Notes: a model not told the origin generated them from the sequence alone. Shown: positions 19,050 to 28,998, numbered from the stretch's first letter. The stretch: 32,000 bases of DNA from Candidatus Saccharimonadota bacterium (GCA_965231145.1 OZ246420.1:330001-362000); one strand, 5' to 3'. Translations and numbers: made by a program.

Positions 19050-20252
19050 ATGGCAAAAGCAAAAGCTAAAGTACAGCCAGTAAACCTCGCTGCTGACATG
19101 GAAATTCCTGTTATCAAGAGTGGTGCTAAAATTGGTGGTACTGTACTTAAAGAAATTGAACAGGGAGTTCTCGTAAGTTGTGCCGGTGGTGCATTTACAG
19201 GTATTATCCTTTCTAAAGAAGTAAAAGATCTTAGAAGAAATAACTATGACCTTTCTGTTGGAAAAGATCTCGAAGCAGAGATCATGAATACGGATATCAG
19301 AAGTGATGAAGGATACTTTGTTATCTCTATCTCTAAACTTATCCAGTACGATGTTTGGAAAAACATCACTGCGAAGTTCAAGGAAGATGATATCATCACT
19401 GTTGTTCCTACTGAAGCAAATCTCGGAGGTCTTCTCATCGATATGCACGGTATCAAAGGATTTATCCCACTTTCACAACTCGCTCCAGTTAACTACCCAA
19501 GAGTAGAGGACGGTGATCAGGAAAAGATCTTTGAAAAACTCCTCAATCTCGTTGGTAAAGAGTTCAAGGTACGTATCATCAATATTGATGAAGAAAACAA
19601 GCGTATCGTTCTTTCTGAAAGAGAAGCTCTTAAAGAAGAAAGAGAAAAGATCCTTGAAACTATCAAGGTTGGAAATGAGTACGATGGTACTGTTTCAGGA
19701 CTTTCTTCATACGGTCTTTTCGTGACTATTGGAGGAGGTATCGAAGGTCTTGTACATATTTCTGAAATCACATACGGTCACGTTTCAAATGTAGACAGAC
19801 TTGCAAAGGTTGGTGATGCTATGAAAGTGAAGGTGATCGGATACGAAGATGGAAAGATCTCTCTTTCTGCTAAGCAGCTTAAGAGAGACCCATGGAAAGT
19901 GATTCCTGAAAAGTTCAAGATTGGTGACGTTATCGAAGGTGAAGCGGTGAGATTTGTGCCATACGGAGTGTTCATTCGTATCTACGATGACATCAATGGT
20001 CTTATCCACTTGAGCGAAATCTCAAACGCAAACATCAGCAGTCCTACTGAAGCGGTTAAACTCGGTCAGGTAGTGAAGGCGAAGATTATCGCGCTTGAGC
20101 CACACAACAGAAAAATCGGTCTTTCTATTAAGGCTATGCAAGCTCCAACGGAGTCTGCAGCAGCGCCGGCGAAAGCATCAGAAGGTGAGGCTGAAGAAGC
20201 TAAGCCAGCAAAGAAGGCTCCTGCTAAGAAAAAAGAGGCAGCAGCTGAATAA
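19050..20252 (+). CDS. rpsA: 30S ribosomal protein S1 (four S1 domains, Lys/Ala-rich tail), 400 aa
   Basis: Uninterrupted ORF with repeated S1-domain pattern (GTVSGLSSYGLFVTIGGGIEGLVHISEI; GEAVRFVPYGVFIRIYDDINGLIHLSEI). Ends TAA. Confidence 0.93.
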   Translation: MAKAKAKVQPVNLAADMEIPVIKSGAKIGGTVLKEIEQGVLVSCAGGAFTGIILSKEVKDLRRNNYDLSVGKDLEAEIMNTDIRSDEGYFVISISKLIQYDVWKNITAKFKEDDIITVVPTEANLGGLLIDMHGIKGFIPLSQLAPVNYPRVEDGDQEKIFEKLLNLVGKEFKVRIINIDEENKRIVLSEREALKEEREKILETIKVGNEYDGTVSGLSSYGLFVTIGGGIEGLVHISEITYGHVSNVDRLAKVGDAMKVKVIGYEDGKISLSAKQLKRDPWKVIPEKFKIGDVIEGEAVRFVPYGVFIRIYDDINGLIHLSEISNANISSPTEAVKLGQVVKAKIIALEPHNRKIGLSIKAMQAPTESAAAPAKASEGEAEEAKPAKKAPAKKKEAAAE

Positions 20253-20282
20253 TAAACTAACAACATTACTTATAATAAGAAA

Positions 20283-20312
20283 ATCCTTCTGAGAGATCAG
20301 AGGGATTTTTTT
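20283..20312 (+). terminator. intrinsic terminator of rpsA
   Basis: 10-bp stem ATCCTTCTGA / TCAGAGGGAT with GAGA loop, followed by T7. Confidence 0.8.
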
Positions 20313-20315
20313 ATA

Positions 20316-20339
20316 CAAAAAAACCGATCATAGATCGGT
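20316..20339 (-). terminator. intrinsic terminator of the 20360-20659 gene
   Basis: ACCGATC-ATA-GATCGGT hairpin. The A8 run on the plus strand becomes a T-run on the minus strand. Confidence 0.7.
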
Positions 20340-20359
20340 GGTAGAAAGAGATAAGAGTT

Positions 20360-20659
20360 TTAACTGCGGAAGTCAGTTTTTTTACTGGTCCATACATTAC
20401 TTTTAACATCGTGGCTGAACGCCCATATTAACTCTGAGATCAGTTTAATGTTTTTCAGCGGAACGAAACAATCTCTCATCCTATACAGATTGTCTTCCTT
20501 CTCATTCATCTCGATGGTCAAGAGCATTGCTCGCGCACCAATATACGCCGCGATACAGGCGATAGCAGGTAATACATATACTACGATGCTCGCAATAATG
20601 ATTAAAGTCCAGTTCATATATTTGTGATTTAGGATCTGAGTATAGCGCTGTATCCCCAT
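20360..20659 (-). CDS. hypothetical small membrane protein, 99 aa
   Basis: ATG-to-TAA ORF with one strong hydrophobic helix (WTLIIIASIVVYVLPAIACIAAYIGA). The start is uncertain. Confidence 0.55.
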   Translation of the reverse strand: MGIQRYTQILNHKYMNWTLIIIASIVVYVLPAIACIAAYIGARAMLLTIEMNEKEDNLYRMRDCFVPLKNIKLISELIWAFSHDVKSNVWTSKKTDFRS

Positions 20660-20717
20660 AAGTCAATATAACTTCCTGCATATTTCCTCTACAATTTTCA
20701 TTACATATTTCTATTAT

Positions 20718-20754
20718 CGTTGTTGTAATACAACAACGGACGCAGATTGCGTCC
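20718..20754. other. two abutting perfect hairpins in a divergent intergenic region
   Basis: CGTTGTTGT-AAT-ACAACAACG (20718-20738) and GGACGCA-GAT-TGCGTCC (20738-20754). The octamer GGACGCAG recurs at 20832-20839, overlapping the bdbC-like start codon. Confidence 0.6.
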
Positions 20755-20829
20755 TTATAAATAAACGTGAATTGCATACGGTACAATACGGAATATTTAT
20801 TATTTTTATCTATTATATATTATTTGAAA

Positions 20830-21339
20830 ATGGACGCAGTTCTGCATAAGCCGAAAAACCATACGCTTAATTATGTCATTTTTTTCCAAGCACTTATCGC
20901 TATGCTGGGATCGCTTTACTATAGCAATTTTGGCGATCCAGTACAAAATATCCAAGCCGGCAATTTCTTTCCTACAGAGGCAGGATATGAGCCATGTGGT
21001 ATGTGCTGGTGGTCTCGTATACTTATGTATCCTATTGTCTGGTTTTCTCTTTGGGCGCTCTTTCGTCAAGATCGTAAAGTAGTAAACGTTATCCAATGGG
21101 TCTCAGTTGCTGGTATATTGTTGTCGACATATCATTATCTTCTGCAGAAGACCACATTTATTAAGACATCTGCTTTCTGTACTCTTCAAAATCCATGTGC
21201 TGCATTACAGGTTGATTACTTTGGTATCATAACTATTCCATTTTTAGCACTTATTGCATATATTGTTATTTTCATCTCATGCTGGATTGTAAAATCGAGC
21301 ACGCCAAAAACTATCGAAATGGAGCATCATAATTTCTAA
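20830..21339 (+). CDS. bdbC: disulfide bond formation protein, BdbC/DsbB family, 169 aa
   Basis: ALIAMLGSLYYS ... EPCGMCWWSRILMYPIV ... STYHYLLQK ... FCTLQNPC ... FGIITIPFLALIAYIV closely follows the Bacillus BdbC pattern (CxxC plus a second Cys pair, four TM helices). The start is taken at ATG 20830 within ORF 20767-21339. Confidence 0.85.
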   Translation: MDAVLHKPKNHTLNYVIFFQALIAMLGSLYYSNFGDPVQNIQAGNFFPTEAGYEPCGMCWWSRILMYPIVWFSLWALFRQDRKVVNVIQWVSVAGILLSTYHYLLQKTTFIKTSAFCTLQNPCAALQVDYFGIITIPFLALIAYIVIFISCWIVKSSTPKTIEMEHHNF

Positions 21340-21345
21340 TGAACG

Positions 21346-21444
21346 TAAATCTTAAAACTGAAAACTAAAAGCTCTTCTCAGACGGATTTATCAATAATCT
21401 TACCTATAAAAGTTTTTAGGTTTTAGTCTTTAGTCTTTAGTTTT
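21346..21444. repeat. 7-nt periodic arms flanking the bdbC / glycosyltransferase spacer
   Basis: Left arm: TAAATCT TAAAAC TGAAAAC TAAAAGC. Right arm: TTTTTAG GTTTTAG TCTTTAG TCTTTAG with TAG at 21417, 21424, 21431, 21438. The arms are approximately inverted. Confidence 0.75.
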
Positions 21445-21453
21445 CGACTCTCT

Positions 21454-22278
21454 ATGGATAAGATTATCGCAAAGCTCTCTGCAGCAGATGAGGCAGAGAT
21501 TATTCAGCAAATTGTTGCACACTATCAACGCCACAAATATACATGCGTCAATTTTCTCTATTTTGCAAATGCGATGACATATCGCCTCTTTGAGGCGAAT
21601 TCAAAATCAAAAATCCAAAATCTAAAATCAGAGGAGTATAAAAAAACATTGCTCGCAAGTGATTTCTTGTTGCCGGATGGCATAGCGTTGCAGCTTTGGA
21701 GTAAGTGGACAGAAAAAAAGAAGCTTCATAATCTCAACGGTACTGATTTGACTCCTGATATGCTGGCGTATTTGAATAAGCATTCGGCAGCTTCGTTGTA
21801 TATCTATTCTTTGTATGATCCAAAGATTGGTAAAGGCGAGGAGTGGCTGCATAAAGCTATTAGTAATATCCAAGCAGACTATCCGAATATCCATATAGCG
21901 CATAGTTATCAGTCGCTCTATAGTAACAGATGAAAGGATTTCCCATTTGATGAGGTAAAAAAAATCAGCGAAGCTGACGATGTGGAAGTGAAACTATTCT
22001 TGAATTGTACTGGAACGCCATTTCAGGAGATGCGGACAGAGGAGTATAAAGATTTTTTCCAGGCATGTGGATTTCTTGTTATGAATGTAGGTGGATTCAT
22101 TGATTTCGTTGCATGATTTGAGAAGCGTGCACCGCGTTGGGTAGTAAAGGCAAGAGTGCTTGAGACCTTTTGGCGCGTGCTGAGCAATCCCCGCAAAAAC
22201 CTCAAGAAATTCCTTGCAATGTTTGGCATATTCCGCATAATTTCCGGTAGATTGCGCTTGAAAAAAAAGCACAGTTAA
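21454..22278 (+). CDS. WecG/TagA/CpsF-family glycosyltransferase, 274 aa
   Basis: ORF 21454-21933 continues in frame across TGA 21931 and 22114 to TAA 22276-22278. FLLPDGIALQLWS, TGTPFQEMR, NVGGFIDFVA-G-FEKRAPRWVVKARVLETFWRVLSNPRKNLKKF match the family pattern (DGxG, GxPxQE, GVGGxFDxxxGxxxRAPxW, LEWxxRLxxEPxR). Confidence 0.85.
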
Positions 22279-22321
22279 GTATTTGTATATCTACATTTGT
22301 CTCTTAATATTTGTATTTTTC

Positions 22322-24385
22322 ATGGAACTTCTGCATAACGCTTTGACATATGGTCCGGACCAATCACATGTGTCTATCCATAAGGACGTCGGAAATAATA
22401 TTACTGTGCATGCAGATATTGTACTTCTTTCAGAGAAATTTCTTGAATACCAAAGAACGATCTTGGATGAATTTTTTGCGCAGCTTTTTGATCTTACGTA
22501 TAGTGAAAACATCCTTTTTGATGAGATCATTGATGGCTTTGAGATGCTTCTTCAGTCTCTCAATACGAAGCTTGAGACATTCGCGAGCAAGATAAGCGAT
22601 ACCCCGTTTTTTGATATACGCGGAAGCATCCAGCTCTTTCATCATCAGGATTATATTGCATCGCTGATTGGTGATGTAACATTGCTCGTGGTCAGAGGTG
22701 AAAAGGTTCAGTACACGCTGCATAACGATGTTATGGGAGGTCGTCCTATCGCGCTTTTCTCAGATTTTATCCAGGGTGATGTGTTTTCTGGAGATCATAT
22801 TTTCATCATAGGAGGAGACACTACTCAGTATTTTGATCATTATGAACTTCAGGAGTTCGTAGACGGACTTGCGGGTAAAGAGGATGAAGCAGTTCTTTAT
22901 ATGCGTGATGCGCTCAAGCAAAGGTGTGCAGTAGAGGATCTTGGTATTATCTCTTCATACAGTATTGCATTGCCGAAGAGCGTGCGTGGATCTGCGAAAA
23001 ACATTGTGAAGCTTCTTGATAATTCGCCGCTTTCAAAGGTTTTTGCTGGTTTCAAGATGTCTGATAGATGGGTATTGTTCACAAGAAATATTCGTGATCT
23101 CATGTCTCAGTACAGATATGCTATTGTTATTGGACTCTTTGGTATTTTCCTTCTCTATCTTTTGTTTGGTCTTGTGTCAAATTTTGTGAAAAACAATACA
23201 ACCAATACTATCAACAAAGATGGAACTATCACTGCAACCCTTACGATCGAGGATATTAAAAAAGAAATAGTACAATTTCAAAAGCTTGATCCATCAACCC
23301 CAGAAAAAATTACAAAATATAACGCGCTTAAAACCCAGCTTGATGCGCTTGCAGCGCAGGGCAAATGGACCAATGATGTTGCCCAACTGAAGACCATCCT
23401 CAATACTGAGTATTATAGAGGCTTCAATATTATCCTCGTCGATGGTTTGACAGACCAGAATGTCTATACGTTCTCAAGTCTGGAAAAAAACACAATGGGA
23501 ATACCTCTCAGTATCTTCTATAACAAATCATTTACTATAGCAGGAGATAAAGGTATGATTCTCGGTGGTATCAGTGATGATGTCAGAGGAAATAACATTA
23601 CTTATTCTCTTGGTCTCAATGCGAAAGCATGTGTCCTCAATCTCTTAAAGGATGGCGTCTATTGTGCTTCGACTAATAATACGATCTTCAATACGACGAA
23701 AGCAGGAAGCGAAGATGTCAAAGTAAATGGTGGAAATTTTCCTGAAGGCATTATCGGACTTGGTACATTTGGAAGCGCAAATTTCTACGTATTGCTGAAG
23801 AATGCTAGTCTTGCGAAGGACGGAGTCTTCATGATGAAGTATAGCAATATGCTTGGTTCTCAGGTAACCTTTAACCAATGAGTGCTTCTCGGTCTTGGTG
23901 ACCCAGCACAAACAGCTGACATGCAAAATGGCTTCTCTGCTTTTACTATTGATGGAACATTTCTTCTGTGGTCACAGGATAACAAACAGCTCTATCAGAT
24001 GTCCAGAAATAGTGCAGGACAAAGCCTTATGATGCGTCCTGTTCCACTCAATGGCGGAACAAACATAGGAGATGGTTATAGTGAAACAGTAAAACCTCTA
24101 GCTCCGATTGGTAGCAAATACGTCTATCTCTTCGATAAGAGAAATCAGACGCTTACGGTCTATCTCAGCAATCCTGTGAAGACAAATGACGCGTACACAA
24201 ACAGCTATGGGTTGACTTATATTATGAGGATAAACTTTGCTATCGCAAATAACTCGATCATAGATGTAACGGTTGACGAGAGCAATGGAAAACAAATATT
24301 ATATGTCCTTCACAATGAAGGAGTCGCTAAATTTGTTCTTTCTGACTATATGCAAAACTTTGCGCAAACAGCTCCAACTAACTAA
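22322..24385 (+). CDS. large hypothetical membrane protein, 687 aa (cytoplasmic N-domain, one TM helix, large extracytoplasmic C-domain)
   Basis: ORFs 22283-23881 and 23882-24385 are one frame joined by TGA 23879. ATG 22322 is chosen as the start. TM helix YAIVIGLFGIFLLYLLFGLV. The N-domain has a faint PP2C/SpoIIE-like pattern (GDVTLLVVRGEKV ... SGDHIFIIGGD), which is a low-confidence match. Confidence 0.8.
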
Positions 24386-24407
24386 AAAAACTCTCATTAT
24401 TGTGCAT

Positions 24408-24438
24408 AAAAAACTCTTCCTTCCGGGGGGAGTTTTTT
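24408..24438 (+). terminator. intrinsic terminator
   Basis: AAAAACTCTTCC-TTCCG-GGGGGAGTTTTT hairpin running into a T6 run, 22 nt after the TAA at 24383-24385. Confidence 0.7.
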
Positions 24439-24592
24439 GTATAATTCCTTATGCATTGATAGTATAATATGTCAATAAATTAGATGTCTATTATTGATAA
24501 TATTGCTATGACTACCATTGTAATTGTATACTGAAAAGTATATATATGAGCTTGGTAAAACTTTTACTTATATTACGAGTTCCTCACATATC

Positions 24593-26110
24593 ATGACTAT
24601 AACCCCTCTCGCGTTATACGCCAGTGCAGGAGCATTGGTTCTTGGAGGCATTATGGGGTATTTCCTCTATAGCCTTATCTGGAAAAGAAAAAGCAATGAA
24701 CTACAGGAAAAAATTGATAAAGCAGATTTTACTGCACTAGAAATTGTGAAGCGTGCAGAAGAAAGATATAGAAAGGCAGAAAACATTAGTAAAGAACTGA
24801 TAGAAAACGGTCAGCGTGAATTTGATAAGCGCATGCAAAAGGCAGACCAGATCGAAGAAAGGCTTCGCCAAAAGGAAGAAAAGATGGAGCAAAAGATGGA
24901 AGTTCTGGACAACGAAAAACAGAAATTCATTCAGAAACAGCAGGATCTTGATGTGCAGATCTCTCAAGAAAAAGAGGTCCTTTCTCAGATTGCCAGACTG
25001 ACTCCCGATGAGGCAAAGGAAAAGCTTTTCTCATTGGTAGAACAGCAGTATAGTCAGGACATTTCTGCGTTTATTGAGAAGTATAAACTGCTCAAGCAGG
25101 AAGAAGCAGAGAAAGAAGCGACACATATTCTTACAAAGATACTTCCACGCGTGGCGGTCAGCGCAGTGACCGAATTCACTGTTTCTCTCGTCGAACTACC
25201 GAGCGAAGATACTAAGGGTAAACTTATCGGACGTGAAGGAAGAAATGTATCATACTTTGAAAAAATTACAGGAGTGGAGGTTCTTATCGATGATACTCCG
25301 CTTATCGTAAGGCTTTCGTCATATGATAATGAGAAGCGTTTTCTCGCAACAGAGACCCTCAAGCGTCTTGTGAAAGATGGACGTATTAACCCTGTGTACA
25401 TTGAAAAGATATATAATGAAGTAGTCGCATGATTTGATACTCTTTTGACAGAGAAAGGAAAAGAAGCATTGCTCATGCTCAATATTCCTATGATGAAGCC
25501 AGATGTCGTGAAGATGATCGGGCAGTTCCACTTCAGATATTCATACGGACAAAATCTATGGATACATTCGATCGAGGTTGCTAAGATCTCTGAAGCTATT
25601 GCACTTGAAATGGGTCTTGATGCAATGACTGCGAAGAAAGCAGGTCTTCTCCATGACATTGGAAAGATTGCAGCTATTAACGGTCAGTCTCATACACAGG
25701 TCGGTGCAGATATTCTCAGAAAGTATGGATTCGATGATACGATCGTCAATACGGCACAAGCTCATCACTTTGATGTGCCTCTCACCACAGCTATTGGTTG
25801 GGTGGTGACAGCAGCAGACGCGATTTCTGCAGGTCGTCCGGGTGTGAGATTTAATGCGAAAGAGGTCTTTGTCGAGAAGATGTCTGAGCTTGAGAAGCTT
25901 ATCTCAAGTGTGTCAGGAGTCGATAAAGTACATATTATGCAGGCAGGACGTGAGATCATGATTTTCGTCAACCCAACGCTTATTGATGATCTTGGTGTAC
26001 AAAAACTTATCAAGGAAATTGGTATCAAGGTTGAAGACCAGCTTGATTATCCTGGTATCATCCGCGTCGTCGCCATTAGGGAAACCAAAGTTGTCGACTA
26101 CTTACGCTAA
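24593..26110 (+). CDS. rny: ribonuclease Y, 505 aa
   Basis: N-terminal TM helix, long Glu/Lys coiled coil, KH domain (KGKLIGREGRNVSYFEKITG), HD domain (HSIEVA...LLHDIGK...AHHF...ADAISAGRPG). Pieces joined across TGA 25430. Ends with in-frame TAA TAA TAG. Confidence 0.93.
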
Positions 26111-26113
26111 TAA

Positions 26114-26183
26114 TAGCAAGTAGCAGATGGCAACTAGCAGATAGCATGCTAATTGCTACCCGCTATAATCTATCTGCCTTTTT
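26114..26183 (+). repeat. 33-nt TAGCAA heptad element, copy 4, with inverted arm and T-run (terminator-like)
   Basis: TAGCAAG TAGCAGA TGGCAAC TAGCAGA TAGCA, then TGCTAAT TGCTACC CGCTATA ATCTATC TGCC, then TTTTT. GCAGATAG (26137-26144) pairs with CTATCTGC (26170-26177). Confidence 0.85.
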
Positions 26184-26202
26184 AGTTTGTTAATTAGTTA
26201 AT

Positions 26203-26997
26203 ATGTATCCTTTTCTTACCCTCTGGGGTGTGAAAATTTATATGACAGGGTTGGGTATAGTGGTAGGGCTTTTTACTTTTTTGATTGCAGCGTGGGTGCT
26301 GTGCAGAAAGTATAAGCTTAACTTCCGGAAGCTTTTCTATTGGTTTCCTACCTTGCTTATTACCACATATCTCCTTGGCTCATATACGTATTTGCTGATA
26401 GAAAAAGGTATCTGGTTTCCACTGAGTAGCCTTGCAAACCTTAAGGCATTGCTTTCTCCTTATGGATATAAATTCCATTTTGTTGGTATCCTTCTTGGTA
26501 TCGTCTGGTCTATGCGTAGATTCTTTAAGAAGCTTGTTGTATGATCAGAGAAACTCCAGTGGATGGATCTCTTCTTTTTTTCGACAAGCATTGCCCTTAT
26601 CCCAATGGGTGTTTTCTTTGTGCTTGGTGATACTATTATTGGTAAGCCTGCGCCGTTTTCTAGCTTAGGTGTGAGTGATCTGACGTCTGGTGGTTTCAGC
26701 GAGCTCAGCAAATATGGAAAGGTATTTCCTGTCGGTATATTCCTTTCTATTGTGAGTATGTTTTCATGGGGTATTACTTTCGCTGGAAAGTCGATCATGA
26801 AGAAAAATGGTTGGGGATATATAGGATTTGCGCTGTTACTCTTGCTGCTTAATATCATTTTCTCATACCAACAATATACAAGACATGGTGTTTTTTCTCT
26901 AGGGGGAGCTGTTTTTGATATTAAGAACTTTCTTGCTACATTCGTAGGTATCATCTGCTTTGTTGTCGGTATACGTATCATTAAGAGACACAGATAA
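26203..26997 (+). CDS. polytopic membrane protein, weakly Lgt-like (prolipoprotein diacylglyceryl transferase?), 264 aa
   Basis: ORFs 26203-26544 and 26563-26997 share a frame, joined by TGA 26542. About 6-7 hydrophobic helices. YGYKFHFVGILLGIV resembles the Lgt HGGLIG region, but the GRxGNxxN motif is not conserved (VLGDTIIGKP). Ends TAA 26995-26997. Confidence 0.7.
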
Positions 26998-28538
26998 TGA
27001 AAATTTTTTTTACGAGGGGTGATAGTTTTTATAAAATATGTAAGACACTCGAAAAGCTTCCAAAAAGCAAGAAGGTCTCTTTTTTTATGGATCCACAAAA
27101 TAGTTTTTTTCAAAATCCTCGATGGTGAAAACAGGTAAAAAACATCCTTGCAGAAAGAACTATTCCGTATGTGTTTGTCTGTAAAACAGAGAGAACAAGA
27201 CGTTATTGTGAGGAAACAGGTCTTGTCTATACATATGATCAGCCAAACCATTTTCTCAAGTCATTGAAGCTTATCTATATGTTTTTCTTTCAGGCGCAAA
27301 AGTTTCATCTTTCGCTCTTTAATAAGAAAAGCACCCTTTCCTATGTATTCTTTATTGGGGAGGTGCTGATTATCTGACTGATAGCATATTTCCTTTACCA
27401 GTTTGTTCTGCCAAGCGCGACCGTCTATCTCAAACCTTCTTATACCGTAGAAGATGTCGTCTACAATTTTCGCTACTATCCTTCTTGGAGTGGAGAGTAT
27501 CTTGAAGAAACTTCATTCATTAGTGTTCCGTATTATACCGGCGAGATGAAATACACATATACACTGAAAACAAGTACGGAAAATATTAGCTTTATGCAAA
27601 AGCAAGCGGTGGGTTCTATCAAACTTATTAATACTACCTATCAATCATTTTCTCTTAAACCAAACACAAGACTTGTTACCAGCGATGGTATCTATTTTAC
27701 TATGCCGAATTCTGTAGAGATTGCGCCCGCAACGAGGAATGGTCCAAGTGAGATGGTGGTAGCAGTCATCGCGATGGATAAAGATGATCAAAATAACATT
27801 ATTGGTGAGAGAGGAAACATCGCCGTATGAACTCAGCTTCTCATCAAAAACTTACCCATAAGCTTCAATAGCAAGCTTGTCTATGCTGTGAGTATCGATA
27901 ATTTTTCAGGAGGAGAAACGAGGAAAAGCGGCTCTCTTTCTACCGGAGATCTACAAAATATAAGACAGCGTTTAGGAGACTATGTGCGTGCAAACAAGAA
28001 ACAAATTGTCCAGGACCAATATGCAAAAGAACAAGATAAATATGCGTTGCCGTTTAAAAATCTGATTGACGTTCGTGTAGATGATGTCAGATTTAATGCA
28101 AAGCCGGGAGATAATATCACTGATGTAGAAGGTAAGATAGACGTAACTTATATCGTCAGATATTTTACATGGAATGATATGCGCTTTGCTTTGACGAAAT
28201 ATCTCTGACAGCGCCCTTCGCAAACGCTTGATATCATCAGTATGCAGAAGAGTAGTTTGACCTTCTTTCCCGATCAAAATAAGCCCATTACCGGAGATTC
28301 GCTCTTAGTAATGCCGACGAAGATGAGCGTGATATGGGGATATGATTTTGATAAAGATTACAATAGTCTGAAGGAAGATATGAAAAATGAGATTATCGGT
28401 AAGAAAAAGGATGAAGCCCAAAAAGAGCTTCTTGACTATGCAGAAGTGGGGAGTGTTCTTATAAGAGTTTCACCACCATGGTCAGATAGCATTCCATCTA
28501 TCAGATCGAGGGTGAGTTTCAAGGTGAGTGAGGAATAA
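26997..28538 (+). CDS. hypothetical membrane-anchored protein, 513 aa; central segment possibly baseplate-J-like
   Basis: ATG overlaps the upstream stop (TAATG at 26995-26999). ORF pieces 27171-27377, 27546-27830, 27888-28208 and 28242-28538 are all in one frame, joined by TGA at 27126, 27375, 27828, 28206. TM helix LSYVFFIGEVLIIGLIAYFLYQFVL. The pattern KPNTRLVTSDGIYFTMPNSVEI ... VVAVIAMDKDDQNNIIGERGNI recalls baseplate J (gp47) family proteins, which is a low-confidence match. Confidence 0.78.
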
Positions 28539-28591
28539 CACAGATAAAAACAGATGAGTTCTAGATTAACGCAGATTATACATACAGTTTA

Positions 28592-28621
28592 TTGACAATG
28601 AGTGTTGCTGTTGACTATACT
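28592..28621 (+). promoter_or_regulatory. near-consensus promoter TTGACA-18-TATACT
   Basis: TTGACA at 28592-28597 and TATACT at 28616-28621, in non-coding DNA 54 nt after the stop at 28538. Confidence 0.45.
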
Positions 28622-28627
28622 AAGAGA

Positions 28628-28722
28628 AAAATTATGATTGCTATGTTGTAGAGGCAAATCCGCCAGATAGGTTTCTACGATGCTCATAATCAATAGCCCT
28701 GCGATTCGCGGGGCCTTTTTTT
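28628..28722 (+). ncRNA. candidate small RNA (~95 nt) between the promoter-like element and a strong terminator
   Basis: No ORF longer than 5 codons. Nested pairings ATTATGA/TCATAAT (28631-28637 / 28684-28690) and GTAGA/TCTAC. Ends in the terminator hairpin. No known RNA family recognised. Confidence 0.35.
28696..28722 (+). terminator. strong intrinsic terminator
   Basis: GCCCTGC-GATTC-GCGGGGC, a 7-bp GC-rich stem, followed by T7 (28716-28722). Confidence 0.8.
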
Positions 28723-28752
28723 AATAATTTTTTAGAACGGATTTTTGTATAC

Positions 28753-28780
28753 AAAAAACGGGAGATGTCGTCCCGTTTTT
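28753..28780. terminator. bidirectional terminator hairpin, likely serving tRNA-His
   Basis: A6-ACGGGA-GAGATGTCG-TCCCGT-T5. Sits 70 nt downstream of the tRNA-His 3' end on the minus strand. Preceded by the 16-nt palindrome TTTTTGTATACAAAAA (28743-28758). Confidence 0.65.
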
Positions 28781-28848
28781 GAGTAACTTTTCTTGTTTCT
28801 TTCTATGATTTTGATAAGCTGATTTCTAATGATATTTTATATGTTTCA

Positions 28849-28924
28849 TGGGGCGGCCGACGGGAATTGAACCCGCGGCCAGAGGATCCACAAACCTCTG
28901 CTCTACCACTGAGCTACGGCCGCC
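28849..28924 (-). tRNA. tRNA-His (anticodon GTG), with encoded G-1 and encoded CCA
   Basis: The minus strand reads G-GCGGCCG-TA-GCTC-AGTGGTA-GAGC-A-GAGGT-TTGTGGA-TCCTC-TGGCC-GCGGG-TTCAATT-CCCGT-CGGCCGC-C-CCA. The acceptor stem is perfect. The extra 5' G opposite discriminator C73 is the bacterial tRNA-His hallmark. Confidence 0.9.
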
Positions 28925-28998
28925 ACGAGTGCAAGTGACTATATAGATTAGGACGGCTATTGCAATACAAATTCTTTACTATTATCTTCAGGCTTCTT

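Noticed and set aside
19047-19448. Minus-strand ORF of 133 aa, and other small ORFs overlapping rpsA.
   Set aside because: They are antisense or out of frame relative to an uninterrupted 400-aa S1 protein with four clear S1 domains.
25054-25659. Minus-strand ORF of 201 aa.
   Set aside because: It is antisense to the KH/HD core of rny, which has unambiguous motifs. The translation is Ser-rich low complexity.
26460-27251. Long minus-strand ORF (263 aa).
   Set aside because: It lies antisense to two well-supported plus-strand genes (the Lgt-like gene and the 26997-28538 gene). The composition is Cys/Phe/Ile-rich junk with no motifs, and the stop-free run is expected opposite AT-rich coding sequence.
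28628-28722. Small RNA candidate as SRP RNA, tmRNA, 6S or an RNase P fragment.
   Set aside because: It lacks the SRP domain IV GNAR tetraloop and symmetric-loop motifs. It has no tRNA-like end or tag ORF, and it is too short for 6S or RNase P. It is kept only as an unclassified candidate.
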